DNA of 64,000 nt from Azolla caroliniana (GCA_043228905.1 JBHGNT010000007.1:8122001-8186000); one strand, 5' to 3'; numbered from the stretch's first letter, positions 46,483 through 61,964 are shown. Translations and numbers: made by a program. Notes: generated by a model from the sequence alone, not told the origin.

Positions 46483-47598
46483 ACGTGAGGCATTTCATTG
46501 ACCCCCTATGAGTTAGAGTACAATTATTATGCTAAGACTACCATTGCCCCGTGAAAATTGGGCATTGTATCTAAAAGTGATGCTTGCATGAGAACGAAAG
46601 ATTTGAATCCATATTACGAGCTTGAGATTGAGCTTTATAATGGCATATAAACCAAATAATTAGAAAGACATTTTCTACTAAAATAGACATTTGATCTCAA
46701 TGTATGTTTTTGAAACTAAAGTTGTGTAATGAATGATCGTGTTTAAATTGCCAAAAGTATTGAGCATAAGACCCGTCAACTATGAACATTTGAGCCTTTA
46801 TTTACAAGTAAAACCAACTTTCCTAACTAGAAGAATTATTGTTCACACAAGGTTCTCTTTTCTCACCATACAATTGGGGGGGGGGGGGGGATGTTTACCT
46901 ACACTTTAAGATTATAAGCTTTGTGAAATATTGTTTCCATGTAGTTGTTGCACCAACTTCATTTGCAACAAACAACCCTTGGCCTTATCACATACACATG
47001 GAGAAGGGTGTTTGTCGCATGTGTTTTTGCGTAGAAAATAGTGTTTAATTACCATAAGTTATTACAATACATCTTTTTTGTAGTATTATTCTATAATAAA
47101 CAATGATAATTTCTAGACAACCTAACGGAAGCATGTTCTTCCATGAATTCTTGATCAAACAAAAAAAATCCTACATTGAGATAGACATGTTGAACTTTTC
47201 TCATTAGAGATGGAATTGTTATCATGTAAGTAGTTTTGTCCCTCAAACCCAAATATCAAAGCTTGATTTTACCATACTAAGGTTTGTATAATTTCGATAG
47301 ATTTAACCGTAACAAATGTTTAAACTCACTCCAAATCAGTGATGGTTGAAGAAGATCCAGAGATGATTAAGACCAGTACCCCATGGTTGAAAGTTTTGAA
47401 AACCTATAAAGCTTGAATGTTTCCCTTCAACTTGAGGCAAATATAAGAGAATAGATAGATATTGATCCATGTACATAAACTTATGTACGTTGGTATCAAC
47501 ATCTAGTATAATGACACAAGGTCTAAGCACAATGATACGTAGTTTCTGAGTTTATGAACAACAAGGGTATACAGGGCATACATTACATAGATAAGTCA

Positions 47599-47652
<54 letters not shown>

Positions 47653-47757
47653 GACTCTTGCATTACAGTGGGTGGCCATAATTTGCCTACTATGATACTT
47701 ATGTAAGGCACACAATCTTTCTATGCCTTAACCTTTGAAGAATTCAGGTGGAGTTAG

Positions 47758-48472
47758 TGTTAGTAATATGTCCCTCCGATGGGAGGAGCTGACAATCGAT
47801 GACAAGGAGTAGCTGACTGGTCGGGCCGAGACCCAACAATCGATGTCATGGAGAGTCGACTGGGTGAGTTGACTGAGAGAGAGTTGACAATAGATGATCC
47901 AAGTCGAAGACAAGACCGACTAGTTGGCCCGACCGGAGGGTCAACGACAAGGTCGACTAGTCGGGCCGACTAGACAGTCAACACAGGGGTCGGCTAGTCG
48001 AATCAACTAGTCGACCAGTCGGTGATTGACTGTTACTATAATAATAGGAATAATAGTAGCATAGGCTACATTTGTAAATAACCCATAAGGTGTATAAGTA
48101 TAAATACAATTAGGGCAAGCATAGTGAGGTAGAACAGAAAAATGATACAGATTAGAGCTTCTGTAGTTGTGAGTTGTAGAGTGTGGTGAGTGCGAGAGAG
48201 AGAGAGAGAGAGAGAGAGTGGCGACAGAGTTCAACGAACTTACCAAGTACCCTAAGTGGTTATCCTTCAAAGAAGAGTTGTAACCCTTCTTTGTACTCTC
48301 TATATATAGTTGAAGATTTGTTCTCCCGTGGTTTTCCCCCTTTAGGGTCTCCACATAAAACTGTGTGCAGTGTATATTCTGTTCATCTGTTGTTTTCTGT
48401 TCGAAGTTGTGTATTTCAGCATATCTTAGAAGAGAGATTCAAGATCCAAATCCATCCATTAGGTACCAGAGC
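47758..48472 (+). mobile_element. Diverged LTR distantly related to family A, with a degenerate PBS
   Basis: TGTTAG..GTCCCTCCGATGGGA start. Shared motifs GGCTACATTTGTAAATA, TATAAATA..TTAGGGCA, (GA)n and GTGGTTTTCCC. CA followed by TAGGTACCAGAGC near 48460. Confidence 0.65.
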
Positions 48473-48730
48473 AAGTTGGCAAAGTTTTATGAACATGGTT
48501 ACACACGGAGAGAAGGAGAGCACCATCCCATCCCATCCCATGGAAATGGAACACAGAAATATCACCACGTCAAAGTTTCTATTACTACTCCCCCACCCTT
48601 CTCCTTTTCTCAAGTGTACCTAGTACCTAAGGCTATTACTATAATGTGTCTACACATGCATGTATATGTATGTATGTATGCATGCATGTATATGTATATA
48701 CATAAATGGCAGCATACATACATACATACA

Positions 48731-48761
<31 letters not shown>

Positions 48762-48871
48762 GTATGTGTGTATGTATGTATAACAAATGTAACGTCCAAA
48801 GGTAGGCAAATGAAAAGACAGACGAAACGAAAGAATGGAGGAACAAAGAAAACATCCCTTTCTTCTTTCCT

Positions 48872-48925
<54 letters not shown>

Positions 48926-48938
48926 TCTGTACACACAT

Positions 48939-48971
<33 letters not shown>

Positions 48972-49044
48972 AAGAAGAAGCAGAAGGAACGACCTTCTTC
49001 TCTGCTTCACTTCCTTCTTGCTTTCCTTCTCATGCAGATCCGCT

Positions 49045-52000
49045 ATGGCGGCATTAGGCAGGGCACCTCCATCTCCATTTCCACACTCTTCACTGCCTCC
49101 CGCTCCCATTCCTTCCTTCCGTCATCATCTTTTCCTGTTTCTCTTTCTTCTCCTTCTTTCTCCTCCTCAATCCCTGCTTCCAGCTTCCGCGCTCGGATTC
49201 AACTGGGGAGACATCACTTCTCACCCTGTTCCTGCTCGCAATGTGGTTCAAATGCTGCTCTCCAACAACATTTCTAAGGTGAAGCTCTTCGAGGCCATTC
49301 CTTCTGCTCTCCACGCTCTCGCTGGCTCAGGAATCGAGGTTATGGTTGGTATTCCTAACGAATTCCTTCACAGCTTTGCTTCTTCTTCTACCGCTGCAGA
49401 TGCGTGGGTACAATCTAACCTCACAGCTTTCATGGGGAAAGGAGGAGTGAATATCAAGTAAGTATCGAACATGTCCTTTTTTGTAGCTGCTTTTCTTCAT
49501 TTTATATGACCTGTTCCCCTGTCGTCACTCACTTAACTTCTTATAGAAGAAGAATTCGATCAGAAACGAGTTAAACATCAAATAAATAGCATGATTCGGA
49601 ACATTTTGTGCAATAATGTGTAGTAAACATTGTAATCGAAGGGGAATTTTCCCAGAAACGAGTTAAAATACGGTTAAAGATTCAAAGAGTTGGCACTAAC
49701 TAGAATTCGATTCGGAACATTTTGTGCAATAATGCTTAGTAAACGTGGTAATCGAGGGGAATTTTCCCAGAAACGTGTTAAAATACGGTTAAAGATTCAA
49801 AGAGTTGGCACTAACTAGAAATCTTGGTACTGAAAACTCAACGGTAAGAGTCTAGCGTGTGAGCTTTGAGATTATGTGAGGATGGGAGAAACTTTTAGGA
49901 GTGAACCATTTTCTGTGTGAATAATGAACTCTATACAGCAGAACCTGCTGCAGTTAAGGAGCTTATTTGATTATTACACAGTGGCTTTTCTCAGTGTCTA
50001 CGTGTCATAACTCTTATTGATCCTTGATCCTTGATCCTTGATCCTTGATCTTCAATCTTCTTTGTTATGCACTGATCTGCTGTATAGATCAAGATAGAAA
50101 ATCGTTTACCTTGCTCCTTTAGTGATATATGTGCGACAAAGTTTTTCTTTTGTCTGTGTTCGCCCGCAAGAACATATCGTTTTCAGCATTAGATTCTCCT
50201 AATAGATCACATTTCCAGGATCTTGATATTGAATCTGATCTACTCCATCATCAATCCATTGCCATTGCATTTAGCTGCGTATGGAAGGACAAATAAGCCA
50301 AAAACGACGTACAACTTAAACGATTAGTATGATCCGGAAGAAACTTGCGTTCTGAAGGAAATCTAATGATAAGAGTTTACGATGTTGTTAAATGGAAGAT
50401 GGACGAAATTTGCGTTCCTTGATATCTGGCTTTCCTTTCGCCATGTTGCTCTCAGTAATTTGCTGTTGTCAAGCACTACATTCTTTCTTTCTTATGACAT
50501 TTCAAGGGAATTGCTGTGAAGTCTCCAACCGGATTCAAACGTTACTCTCGTATTCACCTAGTGGTTTACCTTTCTGCCACCAATTACTTCCGCATTATGC
50601 AGAAAAGCAGCATACATGAAATATTATTCACACCTTATACTCCTTTTACGGTTCTCCTACCTCTCTCTGTGTAACTTAGCAAATTATTGAAATTAGAATA
50701 CTCCCAATTTGTGAAATCCGTGTAGCTTGGGTTTGCAGTTGTAGGATCTTATGGTTCCTATTGCAATGGAATTTATTTATGCATCAATGTTGTCCCAGTT
50801 AGTCGATCTGTTGGCTTATGTATATGCAAAACACAACGTTCCCGTGGAGTATGCCCAATATTGCTTTTAGCACAGATTCATTTGTGACTATTTCACCGAT
50901 CCAAATTATAACTCTGATCATTCCGTCCTCATTTACTTATAAAGGTGTCCAAACATTGCATTTTCTTAGAACTGAGATGAATTGATGCCATACGAAACCA
51001 ACCATCTCATGTTACATTCAAAACTTAGTCTCAGAATTATATATATGATGCTAAAAAAGTTATGAATAATTTGCTAATCTCTGCTTATAATCCTTTGAAA
51101 ATACATTACAGATACGTTGCAGTAGGTAATGAACCATTTCTGGCAGCATATGGAACTCAGTTCCAGAATGATACATATTCTGCTATGAAGAACGTTTACG
51201 AATCAATTGTGAAAGTTGGCCTTAGTAACCAGGTTAAGGTGACTATCCCATTCAATGCTGATGTGTTCTTGAACACTGTGCCTTCAAAAGGACAGTTTCG
51301 ACCGGATGTGAAAGAAAATGTAAGGCAGATCGTTGCACTCTTGGACCAAACCAATTCCCCATTTATTGTGAACATCTACCCTTTTCTGGACTTGACACAA
51401 CAATCGACTTTTCCGCAAGAATTTGCATTCTTTGATGGGACTAACCACCCTCTCGTAGATGGATCATTCACATACTCAAATGTACTCGATGCAAGTTTTG
51501 ATCTAGCAATAACAGCACTATCAAGCATTGGCTATTCTAGTATACAGGTGGTGATTGGGGAGATTGGTTGGCCAACAGAAGGTGGGATATATGCAAACAT
51601 CTCTACTGCACAAAGGTTTAACCAGGGTTTGATCAATCATGTATTAAGCAAGCAAGGGACACCATTGCGACCAGGTACAACCATAGAAGCCTATTTATTC
51701 AGTCTATTCGATGAGAATAAGAAAAGTGTGTTACCTGGAAATTTTGAGAGGCATTGGGGAGTCTTTACCTTTGATGGCCAAGCTAAGTATCCATTAGACC
51801 TCACAGGCCAAGGGAGGAAAACCAGTACTTTAGTCAGTGCAGATAATGTTCCATACTTACCAACAAGATGGTGTGTGGCTAATCCGTCTGGTAATGAATC
51901 ACACCTGTTTGTAAATGCACAGTATGCATGCTCAAATGCAGATTGTACAGCTCTTTCAGATGGTGGGTCCTGTAGTAATATCGGTGCTCCAACTAACTTC

Positions 52001-52216
52001 TCGTATGCATTTAATAGCTACTATCAACAGAATAATCAAGAGGCTAGTAGTTGTTCATTTGATGGGCTAGGCATTGTCACGTTTATCGATCCTTCAGTTG
52101 GAGATTGCAGATTTTTAATAGGGGTTTCCAATGGGTGTTTGATCAGATTTCAGCTATGGTTCTACAGTTTGCTGCTGATTATGCAAGTTGTTATTTGTTT
52201 AGATTCACTACATTGA
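49045..52216 (+). CDS. Glucan endo-1,3-beta-glucosidase (GH17 + X8/CBM43, probably GPI-anchored); exons 49045-49457 and 51112-52216, about 505 aa
   Basis: Hydrophobic signal then GFNWG..KVKLF. GT(49458)...AG(51111) intron joins NIK|YVAVGNE. Nucleophile motif IGEIGWPT, ERHWG, X8 WCVA..YAC..ADC..SYAFNSYYQ, hydrophobic C-terminal tail. Confidence 0.93.
49594..49820. repeat. About 115-bp tandem duplication in the glucanase intron
   Basis: ATTCGGAACATTTTGTGCAATAATG...GGCACTAACTAGAA occurs twice. Confidence 0.85.
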
Positions 52217-55200
52217 CTCTCTCTTTTATTTTTTATGATGTTACCATTCTTTCAATGTCATATACTCTTGACATCCATTCAAATCAAAATGCTAATTGAA
52301 TTTATATGGTTGATCAAAATGCTACAAGGGAGGAAAGTAGTATGCATATATAGATAGATAGATAGATTAGCATGTAATCGCAAATCTTGATGCAAGATCG
52401 TTTTGTTTGTATGGTCATCCCTTTGTTGCCAGGCAATGTAACATGAGCATTATAGGCAGCTTCATAATATTTGGCTCACAGATATATTCAACTTCAAGAC
52501 AGACATGATAGTATATTATATGGCTTGGTTTGTCGTACATTCGCATTCATCTTCAATGTTATATGATTTGTGAGGACGAGGCATCAGTGGCAGCTTTCTA
52601 AAGCTGAAAATGCTAATTTTAGCTATTTTGTCGACTGATGCGTATAACAATTTGCAATTAGGTGCATATGACTAATAGCAATTAAGTGAGACTTGTAGGA
52701 TAAACATGAAATTTTATTGTCAAGACTGCTACTTATTGTCGTCAATAACATTACTGACATGAATAAATTTAGGTTCCAAACAAAGGTGTGCTCTTGAACA
52801 CAGCCCATGGCAAAGCAACGCTCTTTGAATTAGGTTGAATCACTAATTACTAAATGATGCACATTGCAAACGTTCTGTTGGATCACCTATATCGAATAAC
52901 TTAAACCCAGAATTTCCACAGCTTATTGTCAACTCGTTTTGTTGAACATAGTGGCAAATATGTTTTCTTGGGTAAAGTTTGATGATGAAGTATAAATTGT
53001 GTAAAAAGAAGAAAAATTCTTTTGGTGTCATGTTGTTTGCGACCTTAAACACAAGATTGTTGCTGTTGTCCAACCTCAATATATGTTTTGGACACACTAG
53101 GAAGGACAACGGTTGTGGATTGCGAAGTATCCAAGTCCCATGTAGAAAGACAATGGTTCTATGGATGTGGAATTCAGCAAAATGATGCACATCTGTAGTG
53201 GATAACACTACTCCACAATCAAGGGGTGGGAGTGAACATTTTCATGTCATGCTGCTCTTACACAAATAGTATATCTATTGGTTGACACCCAATTCTTGGA
53301 ACAATTTTCCAAGAGTGCACAAAGTGTTGTCTTGAACTCATTACATGGAAGGATTTTACCCTTAATTCATGCACTATCACTTTGCCTCTACCACATTTCC
53401 TTTGAATTCCATATATGCTTATGCCTTACAAGTGTCCTATTTTCACATTTTCTTGCTTAGACTTTTGAAAGCAAGGAGTTTAGTGCTTGTAGAGTTTGTT
53501 TCCTAGAACCTTTCTTGGAAAACTCTAGTAAATGGAATGTGAAGGTGATGAGGGATGGGAAGGTAAGGTTCTTATGCCAAGTACAAGGGACCTTACTAGG
53601 GGAATAGGAAAATAGATGAGAGGAAGTTGATGTAATGGTTTGGGGAGAGGTTGAACGGGTTAAAGTTTTTCACAATGTTATCGTTTAGCTTTTTGAGACT
53701 TTTGTGAATGCAATTAGAATTTTCTTCCTCTTGTGATTTTTTGAAGGTAATGAAGCTTAGAGCTAACTTTCAATTTGGAGAACTTGGACAAGAAACTTAG
53801 TTTATGCTTGAGATAGATAGATTTTATTATTGTCCTTGAAGTTCAAATATGACTTATGGGACGAAAACTAAATCACTTTTACGTAGCCATGGAATTCAAT
53901 GATGACTCTTGATGTTCAAGAACATTATTGATAAATGTTGCAATCAAGAGAGCACATTGTGATTGTGAGCGGAATGCGTGTAGGGAGTGGACTAGGTTAA
54001 CTAGGTTAAGTCCCACACTTGTAAGAGCAAAATATGCATAGTTGGTAAGTCTCCTCACCTGACCCCGAATTCCCCATCCCACGTTGAAGAAAATGTGATC
54101 TACATTATATTGAAGCAATGGTGAGGATTATGAACAAAGGATGGGCTTTAGCTTTGATTGATGAGTGCAAAAGAAGGTTTTGTAGGTCGATGCATCATAT
54201 GTATTATAATGTGTGAAACGTGAGCTTCCACAAATTTCCCAAGTTGTATCTTCTATGAAGTAAATGTGATGCATCCAATTTTCCAAACCATTTCTTCTTA
54301 TCTTCCATCCATTGAGTTGGGGTTTTCTATGTGTCAAGTCCATTATTGAAACATAAAAGGAAGAAAAGAAATTGAGAAAAAGGGAGTTTGTATTAGCAAG
54401 AGACAAGATCTCAAGACTACCTCGAATATAGGTGTTGAGAGAGAATGGTTTGATAATGAAAAATTACTCCCATAGATATTAATATTGAGCTCATGCATAG
54501 TCGCCATCGAGACACCATGATGTTGTTAGTATCACACAAATGTTACATTAATGTGGTTATGTATAGGATATGTTACAATATTTTTATTTATGGGTTCAAA
54601 ACTCTAAAAGGTTATGCCATTTTGTGTGTATGCTCATAAAGCTATAGTCCTCTTTTGACAACAAGTTCCATTAGTCACATGCCACAATCTGGACTTGGCT
54701 TCTTAGGATCACAATGAAGAAATTCTTGGAGAAGAGTTGGGAAATTACCAAGATTCTAGTGAGGTCGTATGTTAGATCATTGGGTGTATAGTCTAACAAA
54801 TCCATTAAGAAATATGGTCTATGACACAGGACCTTGGAATCCAAAATGACGTCAACCTTGTACTATGGTCCATCTACTAGTTGACTAAGAGATGGGAGAA
54901 AAACAATGCAATTTGGAATAGAGGTTGACGCATAAGGTTATAAAAGTGATACATGGAACGAATTGTTGATCTGCAACTCATTTGTATGAGGCTTGGGTAT
55001 TGTGTAGTTTGTGTGAAAGATGTGCTTGAATCCTTTGGATTTGAATGATACCATTCTTCGTAGTTGGATTTGCATTACCCCATTCTAATCCATCCATCGA
55101 CAAAGCCTATGCATCCTTCTCAAATTGTCGATCCTTGACAGTGAGTACTCTATCTCATTTTATAGAATTTTGGAGCTCCTCTTTTGGATAAAAATAATGG

Positions 55201-55749
55201 TGCCTCTATTAATGTGCACCTTATCCTTATCTTAGGAAGGGTAAGGGTGCCTAGTGCTAGCCTAAATCGTTGTTACCATGTCTGTATTCACTTTAGTGTC
55301 ATCACTTTTGTATTATAGGGTGAAGGAGCAATAGATCTTGAGTATAGACAAGTTTGTGGCTCAATACATCTCATTAATGCTTCTAGTTTACAAGTTAAAA
55401 GTTCTTCAAGGAGACTGGCGGATGAGAATGAAAGAAATGTCAAAACATAAAATTGAGGTTGCAATATGAGGATGGATCCAACAAGGGTCTCTATAGAAGA
55501 CCATGATGGAACTTATCATGGACTTGGAAAGAGTAAATGTGTGACTCACAAAGAATTAAAGGTTCGTAGCGGATAGAAAGAAAATTTGACTTGGCGATTG
55601 ACATAAAATATATTACATATATTTTGAGAGATTCTAGTTGCATGCTCATGGGAATAAAATTTGGACGAAACAAAATTTGGTGGATTAGGTGGTTAGCATG
55701 GGTACGGTGGAAGGAATGTTCTTAATTGTTTTGGAAGGCAAAATACAAA

Positions 55750-57300
55750 CAACCTTTGGATTTCGGCCAAACTTATGGATTTGCGAAATATGGCTGAGTC
55801 GGCCAGGCCATAAGTTCGGGCTTGTCGATTCGGCTATGTTCACGACCCCTTCTGGATTGATCGCGATAATTGGATACAAGTTGTTGTACTTGTGTCCGCG
55901 TCCAATCTTCAGGTTTCCTCAGCTGATCATCCATGTCGACTCATTGAGAGTTGTTTGGTACTCGTCTTCAACTAATATGTCGATGGAGACCAGACTCCTT
56001 TTTAGATTGGGTACATGCTGAACTTGGTGCAAGGTGATCATGTTGCCATTCGGTAATCAAATGGGGACCTCTCCTATCCATGCAATTATGTGCTCTTACC
56101 CGTTGCCAAGTCGGACAGTGTCGTTGGTGTCAACTGAATAGTTTGAAAACCATTTGATGTTTGGGGTTACGTGAAATGTGGCACCGGAGTCCAATAACCA
56201 CGTGTGTGCGTCTTGCGCACTGTAGAGGACCTCTCCAATCACCGAGTCCTCTAGAGAGGGAATTTCTCTTGATCGAGAGTTGGCAACATTGATTTGGTTG
56301 CCGATTGGAGAGTGGTTCAAGTCGGATCGTCTCGAGTTCCGCTTGAATCGTCGACCCCTCTCCTTCCTCTTGATCGACCAACAGTTGGAAACATTGAGAC
56401 CGGGTTTTCTGCAATGAGTGCAGAAATCACATGGTCAACTATTCCTCGACTTCGACCTCTGTCGGTCTCCCCTCTTTCTCGATCGACTGGTGTTTCGACT
56501 AGATCGTTCGACTTGTTCTCTCGATCGACTCGATCGAGTGATGGGCTTCTGTCGACTTGTCGATGGTGAGTCCCATAAATTTTTGCCGAATATCCTCTAT
56601 GAGAATTTGATCGATAGTTTCGTCCAGGTTTAGCCTAAGGCTGCTATTGGCGAAAGTCATGCAGAATACCTTCCAGCTCGTTGGCAAGCTCGATAGGAGG
56701 GCAAGGGCTTTCACTTCTTCTTCGAAGTAAATCCCTTGGGAGGAGAGTTCAAACAACACCCGACTGAAGGTATTGATGTGGGAGGTTGTTGGATATGTCT
56801 CTCTCATCTTGATGTTGAATAGTTGTCGGATCAATATCAGTTTTGAAGATGAGGACTTCTTCTCATACACAGCCTGTAACTTCTCCTACAAAGAGAATGT
56901 TATCGCCTCCTTTGCCATACTGAAATAGACGTTTTTGGCCAGATGCATTCGAATGGTGGAGTGTGCAATTTCATCTATTGATCTCCACTCTTTGGCTGAT
57001 ATTGAGGCAGGTTTTTCGCTATGTCGAATGACCTTAACCTGTCTTCGAATGATCAACACGTCTCGCATCATCTCCTTCCACAGGGCAAAGTTTTTGTCGT
57101 CGAACTTTCGGATTTCAACTCCTGTTCCAGATGTTGAAGCCATGTTCGTTTGAAGTGAGATTTACTGACCTGGTCTTTTCTTTCGGTTGTAGGGTTTCCT
57201 CTTCTTGGATTTTCTGCAATTCGCTGTTGTTGAACAACAAAAGGCTCTGATACCACTTGTTGATGGCTATGTTCGGATATGTGCGCGGAAGTATGTGTGA
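55750..57300 (-). mobile_element. Truncated copia (C-related): LTR end, PBS, gag-protease
   Basis: PBS (reverse complement) GCTCTGATACCA at 57244-57255. MASTSGTGVEIRKFDDKNFALWKE, LLSSLPTSW, WLLDSGATFHVTP. Confidence 0.88.
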
Positions 57301-58233
57301 GGACCTGTTTGTGTAGAACTCCCAATAATAGAACTCAATGAGTTTTATTATGTAAAGCTCACACAATAGAATTATTTGGAGGGAATTTGGGGAACAATGG
57401 GAGTAGGACAAACAATATTGACCATTAGTGTAGTGCCATCGATTTTGTTGTATATCATGCCATTGTCTACAACAAACAAGAAGTCTGACAACAAAACCTT
57501 GTCGTCCTCAATCCCTCTCCTGACTTAGTCCAAACGTCAAGCCGAGGGTTCACACTCTTGAAGAATCTTTTCACCCTCTCCTGCTCGCCCTCATCAATGT
57601 TCCCAAAATACCTCAGGATAACCAATAATATATTTATTTATTTATTTATATAAAATTCTAAACTCTACCCCCTCCTATTGTTGTTGACAGTTGTCAATTG
57701 TTCAAACTTAACGATGTATCATCAACCTATGACTCACGTTTATGAATGAAAACTCTCCAAATCAAGCAGACCTTCTATTTAAGAACAAAATGCCCTAAAC
57801 ATTGTTTGAAATTCCTTGACATCAAAGTAACGACGTCTTGTGTGACATAATAAAATAAAGTTTAAAGATGTGAATATATCTCTAGGATATTTATGTACAC
57901 GTGTATGTAAAATGGTGTATTTGGCTTGTAAAATTGTGCAACTTCCAAGCCCTTTCAATCATATATAATGAGATTATGAAGAGAATATCTCTATTTGGAT
58001 TTGTTATTTGAATATAATAGATTTGCACTTCACCCCAAACATATCAATAGTATTGCCATTAACTTGCATAGATGAGCAATAACAATTCACTAACACATTT
58101 CGCGTGAGGGCATTTCTTGTTTCACATATATATTGAAAGTCACTTGAAAAATCGCTACATGTTGATCCACTTTATATTGGTCAAGCCACTTGTTGTGGGC
58201 ATATTGGTAAATGCTTGGGTGCCTTAAAAAATG

Positions 58234-58308
<75 letters not shown>

Positions 58309-60773
58309 GGTCCTTTAGATATGGAACATATTTCCTCATAAGCTTTTAGATTAATGTTTAAAAACCAAGTATATTGAATTCGGTGGGGATTCCAATATAT
58401 TTGCGTGTACACTATACACACACATATGCACATCTTGTTTGTACCTATCTATAATACATGTAATATGTAGGTGATGATAAACAATTTGCGACTCATGCAC
58501 ATAATTATGTCATTTGCATATATTGGATATGCCCTTATTCATTTTCCCAACCAAACATAATTTTTGAGGTTGTCTTTGGAGTTACGCAATGGTTGAGCTC
58601 AAATACGAAATTTACCATTATGTTCATTTCATATAGAAATGAACATGCCTTCAATAATTGAGATAATCCTAGAATCAATAATCATGCATACACTTTTGAC
58701 GTAAAAAACTTCACAAAACCAAGGCTTATAAAATACCATATTTAAAACAATGTTCAAACTCAATAGTTGCATGACCATACATGTGATAGAAGGGGTTTTA
58801 CAATCTCTATTTTGAGTTATTAGTCCCGCACAAAAGTGCACTTTAAAGGGCATTTTTGTTCGGGACTTTGTTGACATTGCGTAGGGACTTGCATACACAC
58901 TTTATTTCAAATTTGGGAGGGAAAACGTTATGGATGGGACAAGTTTATTGAGGTTTTACTCCAAAGAATTGAGAAATATTTTGTGCTTATGTGTCAAAGT
59001 TGTCGACTTTCAAGTATGCTTATTTAATTTACAAAATGACTTTTCTCATGTTTGGCCAATATTCAAACCCTTGATCACATTAAAATTAAAACTAAGCACA
59101 TAATGAAGCTTCTAGCAAGAAGCAGAACTAAGTAGTTACTAGACATTCCCACATTATAATTAGAAACTAGATTAGCAAATTAAGATTCTAATTAGGGCAT
59201 GCTCAATTTCTACAAGTGATTTTAAGTATTAATACATATATAAGTGGATTTGTACTAGACGAAACATATATAAGTGGATTTGTAAATAATTTCTACTAGA
59301 CGAAACATATATAAGTGGATTTGTAAATAACCAAGGATACGTTTTGAAGTATTAATACATTTATAAGCATTTGGGTGAACTTTGAAATTTTGTTAAAAAA
59401 AACTCCTTTAGGTTTCAATATTTTAAGTATCCTAATGTGGATATCGTGATAAAATGCCTACATTGAAATAAAGGAAATGACTATTGAGAGGATTCTCAAT
59501 ATTTTTTGATTATTAGTAGTAACTCCCAAATTCTCAAGTTTGTTTTAATTATGACATTGCCTGCTCACATCTATGATGCATTGTCATCACCATTCAAGAT
59601 GATGGGCACAAATTTGACTAGTTCAGTATAGAGCCAAAAGATGACAGGAAATCTGGCAATTAGGCTATATTTTGACATGGAATGGTGGAAAGAAGGATCC
59701 ATTCCATGAAACATCACAAATGTCCGAGGTATATTTAAGTCTAGCTAAGACAAAAGGTAGGGCACACTTTCTATTCAAAATCTATAACATCTTAAGTATT
59801 CCAAATGAAGATCGAAGAATCTCTTAAAAAACGGTCATCAAGAATGAATCCACTTTTAGAATATATTTGTATGATTTTTAAGGGGTCATCATAAATATAC
59901 ATGGATATCCATTTTTTGTGGCCACCAATGTTGAGAACTCCCTGAAAAAAAGGTTGCACTCCTTGCATTTGAAGAAGAACTTCAACGAGGTCGAATATTA
60001 GGAAATCATTAGTATGGGGTGTAGTCTTATTGACTAATGATCATGATGCTACTTACTTGTCCTGCTCACATCAAATTGAGGATCAAATATTGAAAGGTAC
60101 AAATGTGAAATGTGGACAAATATAGGAAGAGGATCAATACACTATGACGTATTAGCACTAAAAGTGTATGGATTGAGAAACAACATGCTCCTACTATACA
60201 AATCATAAATTATGAGCTACACTTGTAAAGCTCCATTCTTTAACCCTACATTTGCATGTGCCTTTTGCAAAATAATATGCTAGTCAAACTTGGATATGGT
60301 CGTATGCCATGGCAAATGGCAACGTATTTGCTTGAGCACGAGTACGAAATTATGTTAGCCAAGTTTTTATGGGGATTGGGGATTGATCCCTGGGTTGTCG
60401 TGTCCTACTTTGGATTCAAAATAAGTATACGAAGGACATGTGCAGTTGTTGAGTTACGCTTGATTGGACTTGTTCAAGTTAATATCGGAGTTCTAACGAG
60501 CTTGCAAATTGGGATCACACGTTTTCCTTAATTATGGTGGCAAATAACATACAACATGCAGAAAGCTCCAACGGCAACAATAGAGTTGAAGGAAGGAAGG
60601 TATTATTTGGGAGCTACTATTCCAGAAACGTATACACAAGTGTTTCCGAAGTCAAGAATCTTGTCAAGAGGGATAGAAGAAGTGTTAAAGTTTCTCATCG
60701 GACAAGAGCGAGTGTGCTATGAGCCTCTCCTCTGCGGGCAGAGATGAACACACACTCTAATGCTAATGATAAG

Positions 60774-60813
<40 letters not shown>

Positions 60814-61385
60814 TGGGCCCATGAGAAACATGTGTGTGTGTGTTTTCTTTTGCAAGCTCCCAAAACACAAACATCATGATTCATGGCATTATTCACATAT
60901 GTACATATGTATATGTATTATTGTATATATTTGGTCAGGGGTCACATTTATAAATACAAAACGTTTATTAGAAACATAGAAAAACGGAAAAGCACAAAAA
61001 ATAGATATGTAAGAGAAAGAGGGGGATGATGGGTATGTATGTATGTACATACATATATATATTTCTCTTTATTTCTTTATGTAATTATTAATTAATACTT
61101 TATTAATGAATATTCTGGGGCCCAACAAGAGAAAGAAAAAAGGAAGAAGGCATTTAATGTGTGGGGCCATATTAAAAATAGTGAATACAATTAAAATAAA
61201 CAAAAAGATGAATAAAAAATATAGATATGTATGTAATTGAATAAATAGAATTCTATAATTAGTTAATAAAATTAATTAATTGCAGGCAGGGGAGCACAAT
61301 TCAATGAATGAATGAATGAATGAATGAATGGCACACAAACTTTAAAAAAAAAGCTTTCAGTCAAAGGTCTCTCTCTGTCTCTCTG

Positions 61386-61455
<70 letters not shown>

Positions 61456-61550
61456 ATCCTTCTTCTTCTTCTTCTTCTTCCCGTCTGAGCCTTTCCTTCT
61501 TCCCCTTTCTCCTCTGCCTGCTGCTTCTCATTATCCGACTACTACTACTA

Positions 61551-61643
61551 CTCAACCCTAATTCTCCTACTACCACTCAACCCTAATTCTCCTCCTCCTA
61601 CTACTCAACCCTAATTCTCCTACTACCACTCAACCCTAATTCT
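61551..61643 (+). repeat. Four copies of CTCAACCCTAATTCT (telo-box-like) in the putative 5' region of the downstream gene
   Basis: Units at 61551, 61576, 61604 and 61629. Confidence 0.75.
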
Positions 61644-61675
61644 ACACCACCACCACCACCACCATATCTCCCCAC

Positions 61676-61709
<34 letters not shown>

Positions 61710-61964
61710 GTTTCTCTGGATCTCTGTCTCTCTCTCTCTAAATTTCTCTGTAACTTCTTCTGTTTCTATGTTTTACAGCCTTTCAGCTTAGCGAGTGAAT
61801 GTGTGTGTGAGTGATAGGCATAAAGGAGTGGATTGGTATATGTATATGTAAACAGACAGACAGACAGAGGAGGTACAGGCAGGCATATCTAGATAGATAG
61901 ATAGATAGATAGATTCAGAAAGAAAGGAAGAAAGGAAGAAAGAAAGAAAGAAAGAAAGAAAGGA

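Noticed and set aside
48835-49044. Longer N-terminus for the glucanase; also ORF start 51062
   Set aside because: The upstream part is microsatellite. ATG 49045 precedes the signal-like segment, and 51062-51111 is intron.
52800-55600. Short ORFs and possible old TE debris (also 57400-60800)
   Set aside because: No diagnostic motifs or termini that I could support.
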